DNA of 63,437 bases, filler included, from Licmophora abbreviata (Eukaryota): NCBI GenBank assembly GCA_900291995.1. It is 19 parts of 19 records of this genome, joined end to end, with 100 filler letters (N's around TTAATTAATTAA, not from the genome) between each part and the next. Parts side by side here need not be neighbours in the genome. Positions count along the whole stretch, not along the records: positions 31,345 to 41,588 come from OLMU01006227.1; positions 41,689 to 46,717 come from OLMU01006228.1; 17 more parts are not named here. One strand, 5' to 3'. Shown one piece after another: positions 34,434 to 46,817 of this stretch. The position numbers were made by a program, and so were the translations under genes. The notes beneath the pieces were generated by a model. That model ran no database searches, was not told the DNA's origin, and was given only the letters and a program-made list of their open reading frames with translations. Position 1 is the stretch's first letter. Every line of letters starts with the position of its first letter.

Positions 34434-37400
34434 CTAGCAATCGTACTGCCTAGACTCTCGCTGGCGTGATTTGTGTGCAAAGTGTCGTTCTTGACCGAGA
34501 GCCCCCTTTACTGTATCGGTCTTTCGCTGCTCCTGTTCCCCCCTTCGACTGTTTGCAAACTGAGCGTTCGCGTCTTCGTCGTCGAACATTGTTCCCTTCT
34601 GCATTAGCACTTCCTTCGCGTCGTTCATGAGGCTCAAATTCTGAAGCATGAGACCCCGTACGTCATCAAAATCTCCCCAAACCTCTTCCAACTCGGTTTC
34701 GCTCAGAGTTTCCACGCGCCTATGGAAGTCACCGAGTTTCTTGCGATGCATTTCCATGACGGCGCTGTCGCCTCGTCGACAACTGGCGTGATGCGCCAGC
34801 TTCTTTTTGAAGGTTCGTAGTTCATCTGAGAGACTCGCATGTGACGTGCGAATGGCTTGAGATGTCAATCGAGCCAAGTCCAGTTGCTGACGCACATTGC
34901 GAGCATCTTCATTGTACGAATCGTTGAACAGGCGTTGCTTTTCTGATAAGCGATTCTTCTTCCCGGGTAGTCGTGTTCGTCGTCGTTCAGGTGTCACAGG
35001 TTGCCGCTGCTCAGGTGAGAATGCTCGTCTGCATACGCTTTCGCAACTGCTCGGTGGTTCCAGACGTCTAGCACCGAGCACAGGCGGCTGCTCTGATGAC
35101 GATATTGACCTATCTGATCGTCGATTGAACTCCGGGAAGGGTCGATCACGGGAAGGCACCTTCTTGGAAGGAGACTTCGACCTCTTTTTGGTACTAGCTG
35201 CGTAGTGCACGATACCAGAAGAAGCCACCGAGTCGTCAGTTTTTCGATCGAGTTCAGGAAATGGCCGTCGGCGTGCGGGGAACGGAGATCTCGTTCGTCT
35301 TTGATCTTCCTGCATACGACTCTCAACTGACGGAGAATCCTCGCGCCGAGCTCGACTTTGTTCTGGGAAAGTCCGCGCTCCAGGGCGTTGGGTTGATGCG
35401 CCATCGCTTGCGTATGTGCCTTTCGGGCCCCTGGGTCCATCTCGGCGACCACGCTCGCTATACTTTCGAGTCGCCGCACGCTCGCGCTTCTCTCGCAGAT
35501 CTTCCAGCAGCTGGTTGACACTATCATTGTCACTGTTGTGCTCGTCCGGGTGCTCCTTCATGAGTTTCTCGACAAGCGTGTCGTACTTCGAAAGCATGTC
35601 GTTCACGTCTGGCGTGCTGTCGCTGCTTTTCCTTGCTTCTGTGTCCACCGAAGAAATTGTAGAGATAGATTCCTGGTCCCGGCTCCGATGTGTGGGCTTG
35701 TTGGGACGAACAACTTGCTCCACTTCCTGTCGTCGCTTTTGAATGCGATCCAGGACGGATTGAAGCCTGGTTGAGCGCACCGTGTCTCGAAGTCTGCGTT
35801 GCTGAGGCTGGGAAGAGGTAGTCCCAGCTGAAGGCGTTCTCCCGGGAGATATTGGTGGTAGTCGCGTCCCATTGTCGAAAGTCCCGAGCCTTTCCTTCGA
35901 GACAGCCGTGCGCAGACTTTTCGGGGGGACAGTGTTATCAGAAACTGAAGTCTTCAGCGATGCTCCCACCAAGCCATTTTCTGACCTTCCTAGTGGCAGT
36001 GTATCCGCTTTGGCTGACTGTTCAGGAGGGAGACTTTGTTCTGCTTCCGAGCCCTTCTGTTTGTCGAAATCAAGCTTGTCGCCGACGGGTTTTGCAACTG
36101 CATCCGTCGTCAGGAGCGACGAATTATTCGATTTCATGGAAGGGTCTTTCCCATTTGAGGCATGTTCTTCATATGCCTCTTCTTCGGTTGCTTCCACCTG
36201 CTCGTTTTTAGCTTCCGTTATTGAAGAAGAGGAAGCTCCTGCTGAATGCGCGTTTTCCTTCCTTTCAATTTTCACTTCATTCGGGCCCTCCGATGCTTCG
36301 CCTGTATGAATTCTTGCCCTCCCATTCGACTCCACACTGGTCTTCTTGTGGATTGCCCAATCTTCTGATCGCGTCACCGACAAAAGAAGCGTACTTTTAT
36401 CGTCTTCTGTATCATCGCTTTTGCGCTGCACCACTTCTTCCCGCGTGGATGCAGGTGATACGGTCATGTCTAGAGACTCTTTCTGCTCAAGAATCTCAAC
36501 GTTCGCATTAGAAGAAATTTGTTGATGAGACGACTCAGTGGACGCTTTCTGCTCCAGTATCAATTCATCCCGAGTAATTTGTTCTTGATGGATTTCCTCA
36601 AACTTGCCAATTAAGTCGGACACAGCGTTCCTTCTGTAAGTGGCGGGAGCATCTCCCATCCTAGCAGCTGCTGGACGCTTGCGCTCAAAGACCGGTGACA
36701 CGATATCACGATGCGAATCTCGATCTCCAAGTCTCAACGCAACTCTGTCTTTCCACCGCTTGTTTCCTTTCACGCCGACAGGCTTTTCTTCTTCGATAAT
36801 TGAATTATCGACTTCGCTCAATGTCGACCATATTGTGCTATCAGCTCTAGCATCTAGGTCGTTCGCCAGTTGGCGCCCACTCTCAACGGCTAATTCGAAA
36901 TCTTCAGCAGCGGATCGGGTTGCATGCTCGTTCTGGTCTGAATTCCGCTGGACCTGCTCTGTGGATTCATGATTCCAGTCTTGCTCCGAGGCAGTAGCCA
37001 TAAGCGACTGCAAAATATCCCTTTCCTCTGTCATTGGTTGCCCATTTGGATTGTCTCCACTCGTCCAATGCGCCGCCCCCATACTGTCTTCGACCCTAGC
37101 AATACCCGTGGGATACGTAATCTCGAACGGTATTCTGGGTATCCGGGAGCTATCCTCTGATTCTGTGTCATGTCCGTCATCTTCGTCTACACAATCGCTT
37201 GTATCAGTCTTGTCCAGACTTGCCGCTGCGAAATTCCATAAATCGCATCCCACACCTGTCGCTGCTGGCGGTGTAGTAGTGCCTCGCTTCTTCCTATGTT
37301 TCTTTTTGCGTTCCGGTCTTTGGGTCGTTTTTTTTCGTCTGAGTATAAAACGTTTGTGAGTCATTATTCGTAGATGCAATTGACGACAGAGTATCCCAGT

Positions 37401-40020
37401 ATGCATCGTCGTGGTCGAGAATTGTGCCGTTGATTGGAAGATCAACAGCCTCAGGCACAACTACCTTCGACACAAAAGGGGAAGTCGCCTTGATTGATCT
37501 GTCTATTGACGTTGAATCGAAGGCGGAATTCCTGCGTCTAGGAGACAGACCTTTGGTTCGTGGACTGCTTTGTAGAGCTGCTCCACCCAGCATGACTAGT
37601 GGCGCAACGCAAAGCATATCAGCCGACAGAGCGTTGGAGCGTGATCCCTGGCCCGCTTTACCAGGCGACTTCGTTTTCTGTGTGTCTCTTCTCTTCTTCT
37701 TTGGAAGTTTGGATCTTCTAGGAAGCGGCGCCATTGTTTCTTTCTTGAGCGGTCTTTTTAAGGCCTTGTGCTTCCTCTGTGGTGAGGAATTCTCTGACAA
37801 ATCATCGGCGAGGGATGCCGTTGACCGAGGTGCTGCCCGGATGGGAGAAGGTAGCCTTTCCCGAATCTGCTGTCCCAGGATTGAAGAATTGCGGTCTGTC
37901 ACAATTGCAGCATGCGGTGACTTTGGAGGTCTCCCAACTTCCTGGGGCAGTGATCCATGCTCTGAGATGACTACGGATACATCGGTTCGTTTCGACTTCT
38001 CAGACGGATCGTGAGTTTTGTCAAATGAGTCCATAATGGACGTCGGACTAGTCAGAGTTTCTTGTATCGACTGAAGATGCGACGTCGTTGGTGACTTTGG
38101 CGCGGATTTTGTATACACCTTCTGCGACCCCGTTTCTCCGGACGCCGCTGCTATCACCGCCATTTCAGGCAACGTTGGCGTCGTTGACTGCCGTTTCTTG
38201 CGAGATAGTCGTGCACGTTCCAGAGCTGAAGTCCTCAGTTTTGATTTTTGGTGCTTGATAGAGTCTGAAGCGCCGTTTTTATCTGGAGTCGATTTGCCGT
38301 AATTGGTGGACGCCTGTGACTTCTGAGTCTTGCGGGGGCTCTTCTGTCGACTCAATTTCACCTGAGCCTGCCCACCGATCTCGTGACCATGGTGACCGTC
38401 GGTACTTTCTGGAACAGGATTGCTTCTTATCGGCCGAACGGATCTGATTACTGGGCTCGTGACGCTGCCAAATCTCGTAGCGTTCTCTATTTTCACATTG
38501 GTGGAAGACTTTTGAACCAAGGACAGACCCGACACATTTTTAGGGTCGTCGGCTTGGCCAAAGACTATCTCCTCTTCTGGAGAGCGAAAGAACTCGTCGC
38601 TCCAAACGGAAGAGTCATCCACTAGACTGCTCTCTTCGTTGCTAGCCTGGGCTTGTACTGTCGGCTTGGGGGTCGTTTTGGGATCGGTGAGATTGCCCTG
38701 TCGAGCATCACTAGAAGCGGTCTTTGAAGGCTGGGTCATCATTTTTGTCGCTGGCATGCCGCCCTGCAGTCTGCTTGCTGCCAAGTCCATCATGTCATCG
38801 AGTTCGTCGAGAGACGGAGGATCCTTTGGCTTTCTTCTCGACCTTTCCTCGTCGAGAGATGGAGGATCTCTTGGTGTCCTTGTCGACGACGGCTTCTGCG
38901 TTGCGTCGACGACCGCCATATTTGGCTGCATCTGATCCGCATTTTTCTGTGACGTCTCAGATCTTCCAGATTTCTTTTGTGACTGTTTCACTGCCCAAAG
39001 CGCTTCTTTTTTCTTCTTGATCTGATCGGAGACTCCCCGCGCTTTCTGCGTCGCCTCTCCTGCATTCAGCCTCGAGGCTGCCATCGCCATGACGTCGTCG
39101 AGCATTGAGTTTCCTTCACTGTCCATTGATGGCTCTGCTTCTACCGCAGAATACCGATCTACTTTGCTCGCCAATGAGCTTCCAACTGAGCCCTCTTCAT
39201 CCAGACGAGAAACGCGATTCGAAGGGACGGCATCGCTCCATTGCTCCACAGCTCCACGCGAAGGGTGAGTTTGCTTCTTTCTCGACAGACTTCTCAGCGC
39301 CTCGTTTTCCTGATCAGCAGCTCGCTTCCTCTCCATATTAGAAACAGCTTCTCTTGCGGCCTCCCGAGCCTTTTGTACTTTCTTTGCCGCTATTTTTGAC
39401 GCGTCTGTTCTCTTCAGCATCTGAGCAGCTCTGTCGTATGCCGCCTTCTTTGAGTCCTCTCGCTGCCGCTGCACCTGGGACAATCTAGTCTCGCTGTCCA
39501 CCCCCCTTGATCGACTCGGACTTTTTGATTGAAGTTGGTGCTGTCCCCATAGCTCCGTTCTAGATTGCACTTGGATATTTTCTACCGATATCGATGTGGG
39601 TGAATGTATAGTGATCTTGTCGTCCAAAGCCATCCTATCAAGCGAGTCGCCGCCGTTTCCCGTTAAAACGGCCCTGGCCGGTGGTGCTCGAGACTTCTTT
39701 TTTCGTTGGCTTGTGGCTAGCTTTGCCATCTTTTCTCGGCTCATTTCACGACTGATACTGAACACTGAATCTGAGGATGAGCCGCCGCCAAGAGGATTTG
39801 ACATGTCACCGTGCCACGAATTATCAGGATCTCGACTTTCATTGTCACCGAAGCCAAGCTCCACACTCATAGCACTGGATCTTGCCTGTCGAAGAATACT
39901 CTTTATGGGGTCATCGCTGCCTCCAGAAAAGTACGAATCACCCGATCCCCGATACGGCGACTTCGGACGTCTCGCTGGCGAGCGCGGCCTGGAGGATCCG
40001 GCCGTCCGAAGCAGGCTCAT
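34434..40020 (-). CDS. Very large low-complexity Ser/Arg/Lys-rich hypothetical protein, split into two ORFs by an apparent 1-nt frameshift at an A8 run
   Basis: ORFs of 908 aa and 1008 aa overlap on the same strand. Removing one A at 37328-37335 fuses them into about 1861 aa. Composition is similar on both sides. Confidence 0.65.
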
Positions 40021-40530
40021 GCTTCAGTCGCGGACCAGCCAACTGTCTCACAATAGCAACGCCCAGGTATGATAGCAATTTTCAAGGTCTCAATGGTGAA
40101 GGTGCATCCTCAGTAAGGTCATAATGAGTGTTGTCTCGTCAACAAGACCTCTCGTGCTTCGCTTGTCGCGAAAATGTGCGAGGAAAGGCTTTTCGGCGAT
40201 GCGTTGAAGCGTTGCGAGGTATTAGGGTATTCAATTTTGTTTATAAACATAACAGTATGATTGTGTATGTACTTTAATGAAATATATTCAGCAATAAGGT
40301 TTATTCAAAACTTGCGGGATCGCTGAAAGGATAAGTAATTTAGACGCCAGCCTGGCGAGGCTTGTGTGCAGTGGTAGCTCGTACCTGTACCTCGAGGCGT
40401 GACGGACCATACCGTGAGAGTGAGAAAGAATCGAGAATCCATTCCGGAAAGCAAGACGATGCGAAACCATTGTAACCAAATAGAGGTGTTGATTTCCTTC
40501 TTCTTTCATAATAACATAAGCGCACAGCGA

Positions 40531-41517
40531 CTAGTTGGCCGAACCGCTCGCCAGGATGGCTTGCTCAGCTTCCAGCAGATTGGCAGCTAGCAAGGTCGTA
40601 TCGCTGCTCTCATTCGCCGCAGCCATCTCTGGTGGCAAGCCCATCGCGGCGCTCGTCCAGCTCCAGACACGCCACATCCGGCGTTGCGATACATGTCCAT
40701 GAAAACTCTCTCGTGCATGCAAAAGGCGAAAGTTGTCAACTATCATTGCCTCCCCAGCCTTATGGGCGAAGCGATGAGACTCGCGTGCCTCCGCCGCAAT
40801 GGCTTGGTCGATTTCAAACAAGGCCTTGTCGATTTCGGTGGTATCCGTTTCTCCGGGAGTGGCCGACCAGAGGGAAATGTAGGGAGGATTTTCATCAGTC
40901 GGCTCGTCTGTATAGCCAGCATACTGCTTCCCTATCATTCTCCTCCAGCAAAGCCGCCTCCTAGAATCTTGCGTTCCAAGCCTTTCTTTTAGACTTGTTG
41001 TCTGCCATCCTCTCGGATCTAACCAACGCAAGACTGGAACAACGCTTTCTGCACCTTGCACAACGCTTTCCCCTCCCCTCTCTGTATGATCGACAAGAGT
41101 CTGCTCCAGAAAATCTTTCGTGTCGTCTTTCAGTCGTGCTACTACGGCTTGCCCATCAATTAGAAAATTGGCGCCTCCGGCATCCCCTGCCGGCTGTTCG
41201 CAGACGAGAATAACCACATCTGGATAGTAGTCGCCCCAAATGTACCCATCTGTATGAGGCAGGAGTGCCTGACCGGACAAAGAGAGCTTTTCGTGCTCGA
41301 CATGAACGCCATCGGCCCGGTGTTTTCGCAGAAGCAAGTCTTCCGGCGACCAGACCAAGTGCGGGACATTGGCGGCGACAGCGCCCCAAGAAGTAGACGC
41401 TTCATCAGGATTGACTAAATTCGTCAAGATGACTGCGCCGTCGTTGTACAGGGCATCTTGGACTTCTTTCGGGGAGAAAGAGTCGCCCACGGCGAAGCTT
41501 TGAGGAGCCATCTTCAT
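40531..41517 (-). CDS. TauD/TfdA (clavaminate synthase-like) Fe(II)/2-oxoglutarate dioxygenase
   Basis: 'LLPHTDG' HxD motif, 'LVCEQPA..GGANFLIDG' and 'IVDNFRLLHAR..F....RRMWRVW'. Intronless. Confidence 0.85.
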   Translation of the reverse strand: MKMAPQSFAVGDSFSPKEVQDALYNDGAVILTNLVNPDEASTSWGAVAANVPHLVWSPEDLLLRKHRADGVHVEHEKLSLSGQALLPHTDGYIWGDYYPDVVILVCEQPAGDAGGANFLIDGQAVVARLKDDTKDFLEQTLVDHTERGGESVVQGAESVVPVLRWLDPRGWQTTSLKERLGTQDSRRRLCWRRMIGKQYAGYTDEPTDENPPYISLWSATPGETDTTEIDKALFEIDQAIAAEARESHRFAHKAGEAMIVDNFRLLHARESFHGHVSQRRMWRVWSWTSAAMGLPPEMAAANESSDTTLLAANLLEAEQAILASGSAN

Positions 41518-41786
41518 GGTGGCTTGTTTCTTCCGTTGTTTTGAAAGAAGTTGAAAGTGAGGGCGTGTCTTGTGAGTGTGTATGATAGNNNNNNNNNNNN
41601 NNNNNNNNNNNNNNNNNNNNNNNNNNNNNNNNTTAATTAATTAANNNNNNNNNNNNNNNNNNNNNNNNNNNNNNNNNNNNNNNNNNNNGAACTCGAGTTT
41701 CAAGTTTCAGTTGCTTCATGGCGGGAGTGAGCAAGATCTCGCTGCTTTCTTGAGACCTGTTCGTCGGCGCTCTCTTCTCTTCAGTC

Positions 41787-44564
41787 ATGTCTACCCCCAC
41801 TAGCAACAACACCGGTGGCGGCGACCCTCTCCAGAATCTAATGGAGGAAGCGCAGCTTTTAATGGACGAAATGGGAGCCGCAGAGGACGAGGCTGCCTCC
41901 GACGTGAATCTGGACGACGACGAAGCAGCGCGAGAGCTCATGGACAGTATCGTCATTGATGGCTTTGCCATTGATTCGGACGACGAAGCGGAAAGAAGTG
42001 AGACGGTAGGGCGAAACGTGGTCGAGGGGACAGCAAACGAAACAGAAGATACAGGCGCTCACCAGCCACCCGCCAGCGTCACGAACGGACCGAGTCGCCA
42101 GGGGGACATTCCGTTCCACCCGTTGCAGGAAGGCCTTTCGCCGGAACTGCCCAAGCAAGGCGCAACTGGTGAAGCGTCAGCCGCTCGCATGTCTTCGTCT
42201 TCACCGACGGCGCCCTCCAACGCCGCAGCGTCGCCCTCCTTGGACGCCTTTCGCTCGAAAACCTCGCAGTTTGCCAGCAACATTGCCAATTTCGCTCAAA
42301 AAGCCGCCAGTCAGGTGGCTGCTGCCGCCGTTGTGCCCCCGATGGAACCGAAACTCCCCCCTGCCACTTCTCTTCATTCCATTCCGACTGTAAATCTCGA
42401 CAATGAAACCAAGACGGGTCTTCTGGCTGCTCATGTGGGAGACTTGCTACCAGGCGAAAGAGTCATCATGTTCTTGTCGAACCTCTTTCACATCTCGGAC
42501 TCCTCCATGAACGATTTTAATCTGGCAAAAGACAATGGCATGTGGTGTTGCTGTATGACGTATTATCGGATTCTGCTATTTTGTACCGGCAAGAAGGAGG
42601 ATATCACGATGCCATCGGACTGGAACAGTAGCGCATGGATATCCAACGCAAGGCCACAATCCTTGCTGCAGATGCCATTGGCATCGATAGATCGGGTCGA
42701 AAAGTCAGTCTACACTTCCGGGGCTAATCAGACTCTCATGGGACTTGTCATTCATGGGTGAGTAGTTTGTGAGTGTAGACGGATGTCAATTTTTCCACGG
42801 GCGTGCCTGTCTCAATCGTACAACCTGTGAAACGCTGCAGGAAAGATAACGGACGGCAGTTGAAATTCACTACCCCATCGTACACGGATACTCTCAAGGC
42901 GCACGAATCTCTGCAGACATATGCCTTTCCAGGCCGACGCAATCTTGGCTATCTATTTGCCTTTGAGTCAAAACGGAACGATGTCATGGCTTCCGTCAAA
43001 GAGGTGGACGGGAAAAAGAGTATCACGCTACCGCCAACTCGGAAGCGCTTTGACGCAACCACTGAGTTTCAGAGACAGTTCAGAAAACTACAGATATGGA
43101 CGTGCTGGACTCAGCTGAATTCGCAGTATCAGTTGTCGCTCTCGTATCCCAGCGTCTTGGCGGGGCCAGCGTCATTGAACGAATCTTCGCAGGATTGCCA
43201 GCGTGTGATTCGCGGTAGCGCCAACTTTCGCTCAGAACATCGACTGCCGGCTTTGACTTGGAGCACGGGTGTAGATGGGGCGAGTCTGTGGCGATCGTCT
43301 CAACCAAAAGTGGGATTACAGGGTAACCGCAATGCGGCAGACGAAATGCTATTGAAACACATCTGTGAATCGGCCATGTCAGCGAATGCGTTGCGTGACG
43401 ATAAGATGGCGCCTCTATCGAATCGGGCGCTAAAGGAGCTAACTGGGTCGGCTGATCTTGAAGATTGGAAGTTGGATCCAAACTGTATGTTGAAGATTCT
43501 GGATTTGCGGCCACGTAGTTCGGCCATGGCGAATCGAACGCAAGGTGAGTTGCTTTCATCGCGCATGTTTTGGAAACTCAGTGGGTTGGTGAAACGAGGC
43601 GAGCATCTCACATCGATTACCACTGTCTTGTCCGCTCGCAGGATACGGCTACGAGAACACGTCGTACTATGCGGGAACAACCATACAGTTTTGCAATATT
43701 GGCAATATTCACGCAGTTCGCGACTCGTATCAGAAATTGAGCGCCCTCTGTCTAAGCAAGACCGTGGCGGACGTCCAATTCCCCCAGTTGATAGAGGAAA
43801 CCAAGTGGCTCTCACACGTTCGTCTCATTCTCGCGGCGTCGTGGGAAGCTGCATATTGGATTCACGTGCACCGAACGCCTGTCTTGCTGCATTGCAGTCA
43901 TGGATGGGATCGGACGAGCCAGGTTGCCGTCCTGGCACAGCTTTTTTTGGATCCGTACTACCGCACTCGCGAGGGCTTCTCCACTCTTGTCGAAAAGGAC
44001 TTTTTGAGTTTCGGGCATCCCTTTCATACTCGGTGTGCACACGGCGAAGGGCGCGGTGACCGGTCAGAGAACGGCGGTGGAGGTGGAGACGACGGTCAGA
44101 TCTCACCCATTTTTCTTCAATTCCTCGATTGTGTCTACCAGATTGTAAGACAGTACCCTGAATGTTTCGAGTTCAACACCAAGTACCTCTTGTTATTGTC
44201 AGAACACGTCTACTCCTGTCGTTTTGGAACTTTACTGTGCGACACAGAGCGCGAGCGGGAAGTGATTGCGGGCATCCGACAGAGAACCCATTCGCTTTGG
44301 GACTATCTGGAGGAGCGTGACAATCTCGTCAACAAGCGATTCACCAACAGTGGAGGTACTCTTTTGATGCCATTGCCATCCTTATTGCGAAACGTGAAGC
44401 TCTGGGCTGATCGCCATTGCATGTATGGACCGAAGGCGACCCTGCGGACTCTTCCGACGTTTCTTACGCGACCGGATGAGCCGAACCCTCATGATCAGCA
44501 GGCTGACATGCGCACTGCTGAAGACTATTTTGACCTGTCACTATCATTCTATCACAGCAAGTAA
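41787..44564 (+). CDS. Myotubularin-family phosphoinositide 3-phosphatase; exons 41787-42757, 42841-43544, 43642-44564
   Basis: PH-GRAM-like N-terminal domain, 'FRS.HRLP', 'RSSQP.VG', 'AMANR.QGYGYEN', 'IGNIHAVR.S', CX5R site 'HCSHGWDRT', 'DPYYRT.EGF' and 'SPIFLQFLDCV'. Two GTGAGT introns. Confidence 0.93.
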
Positions 44565-44685
44565 AAGAACAATCTCTTCAAGATAAACAGAGCAATTCAT
44601 CCTACGTAGTCGTTTATTCTTTAGCGTGATACGGCCGCACTCGTAGACAGTTTGCCATCCTGCTTCTATGCGTCTACTGAAACGA

Positions 44686-46205
44686 TTAGAGCTGATACCA
44701 TTTCTTCTGTTTGGATCTTTCTTTGAGGGCCTTGGCGAGTTCTCCGTACGACCGGGCATCGCCCTCTAACATCGCAGTCTTATTCCCAATATCTTCAATG
44801 CGTTGGCCACGTTCGTGCAGGGCGTGCATCGCTTCATTCATCTCACCCGTTGCGTTCGACGCCTTCTCTTGTGCAGCTCGCGCTCTATCTCTTTCTCCAC
44901 TTTGCTGTCTCGAGATCCTATCCTTCTTGATGGCATCAAAGTGCGCCACGTCTCGAAATAATTCACTCGACTCTTCCTCCAGCGTCTGCTTGGATCGTTC
45001 GGCCCCATATTTACGCAGTAGTGCCTCGGCCTCTTTGTGTTCGTCGCGATGTGCTGTCAAGACGGTTCAGCAGTAGGCACGGGTGAGATATGAATAGCTT
45101 TTTCGTGTTCGCGGAAGCCTCACAAGTCCAAGGACCTACCATAGTACATGGGAGTCCGTCCATCCTCGTCGTCAATTTCAGGGTTTGCACCATTCTCGAG
45201 CAGATACTCGAGGACTTCCATGTGATTGTTCAAGACGGCATAGTGCATAGGCGTAAAGTGGTGATACTCGTCGACTGTATTCTTGCCATTCAACCAAGCA
45301 TCCGCCAACAAAGCATCGTTACCCGTAACGGCGGCCGAATGCAAAGAGGTTTGATTGAGCACATGTTGCCATCCTAGGTCTCGGCGTTGCCCCGACGCCG
45401 CATGCATTCGATCCTGCACGATCACACGCTCTAATGCGTGCAACCACGCTTGTTTATGAAAGATCGTCGAGCATTGAATGATATAGGCATGCGACTTTGC
45501 ATGAACCGAAAAGCAATGGCGCATCCTGTCCTGCCAATGGTCACTGACGCGTTCGACGGCCGTGTAGAGTTCGCACCTGTCAAATGATCGATCGATACGT
45601 CGACCCAAGCGAGGCGATCTCCTGGCCCGCTCACTGGTAGTCCCTCCTACTTTGGCCAAGACAAAGCCATGAGAGAGCAAGATGAGTTCGCGCTCCTCGT
45701 TGTCGCACAAAACGGGTCCGCGTTTCAAGAGAATCGAGTAGGGCGGCTCTTTGGAGGTGTTGAACAAGCGCTGCAGGGCGGGATTGTTGGTTTCGACTCC
45801 GTCAGTTGCACCCCCGAACAAAGATTTTCCCGAGGAAACACCAAGAAAGTGTCCGAGTTCCTTCATCTCTTTCTTCTGTGGCGCATCGGGCATGTAGCGA
45901 TGACTGAAGTACTCGTCGTGGGCAAGTCGTTGCTTCCAGTGGCTGAGATCGTCCCGTTCCTCTTTCGTCAGGCTCTCTTCTTCGCCGTCGTTGATATCTT
46001 CTTCCTGGAGACCGTCCATGACTTTGTTCGTCAGCGACTCGCGCATCGTGTTCGAGAGACGAATGCTGCTGGATCGACGAAACGACGCCCAAAGATTGAA
46101 GTCGCGGTCGATGTCCATGCTCGACAAGGCGTTGTCCAGCTCGTTCAACGAGTCTCCCGAGTCGCTGCCTCCCCCCTCAAACGGATTCGTGCTCTCCTTC
46201 TTCAT
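44686..46205 (-). CDS. PH-like + ankyrin-repeat + C-terminal tomosyn-type R-SNARE protein; exons 46205-45140 and 45053-44686
   Basis: PH-like region ('LLKRGPV...RELILLSHGFVLA' ... 'HKQAWLHALERV'), ankyrin repeats ('SLHSAAVTGN', 'TPMHYAVLNNH', 'GRTPMYYA'), and a C-terminal 'ALHERGQRIEDI..KTA.L...A..Y..LA......KKWYQL' with no TM anchor. Confidence 0.8.
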
Positions 46206-46817
46206 TGTACTGGTATCAGTACTGACGAGTGACAGATATGGAGCAGCGTGCTAGCTAGAAAGAGCGGAAACACACTGAATGTGCACAATGACTGATGTGT
46301 GCCGACATGGGACATGAGCTTGTGCTCTTTCGCGCTGTCGTATTTTGCACCGGTTAGTTTCGGTGCATATTTATTAGATACATTGCCTCGCGGTCAGCGT
46401 GGCTTCCTAGTGGTGTGCCGGCGCGTGATGTACGATTTATGTACGAGGTAGCGATGGTACAAGTTCAAAGTAGAGTCAATGATGGTATACATCTCTGTAG
46501 CCCACCAGTAGTAGGGAGATACAGGATCCACAATCATGGATACATAGGTGATAGGGGCGAGTTGACCCAAGTGCCCCAAGATTCGAATGAAGCTGGCCCC
46601 TAAGTAAAATGACTGACCCAGGTTGACCCATTTATGGCTTTTTAATGATCAACCTTAGAAACGGAGACGTCTATTTCAATTCCATAAGCAAATCTGCCTG
46701 TCACGCTCCATGTTTTANNNNNNNNNNNNNNNNNNNNNNNNNNNNNNNNNNNNNNNNNNNNTTAATTAATTAANNNNNNNNNNNNNNNNNNNNNNNNNNN
46801 NNNNNNNNNNNNNNNNN

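Noticed and set aside
42803..44059. Myotubularin appearing as three overlapping ORFs, suggesting frameshifts
   Set aside because: Fully explained by canonical GT-AG introns; the same applies to MET2, DBP3, PFK-2, golgin and OCRL.
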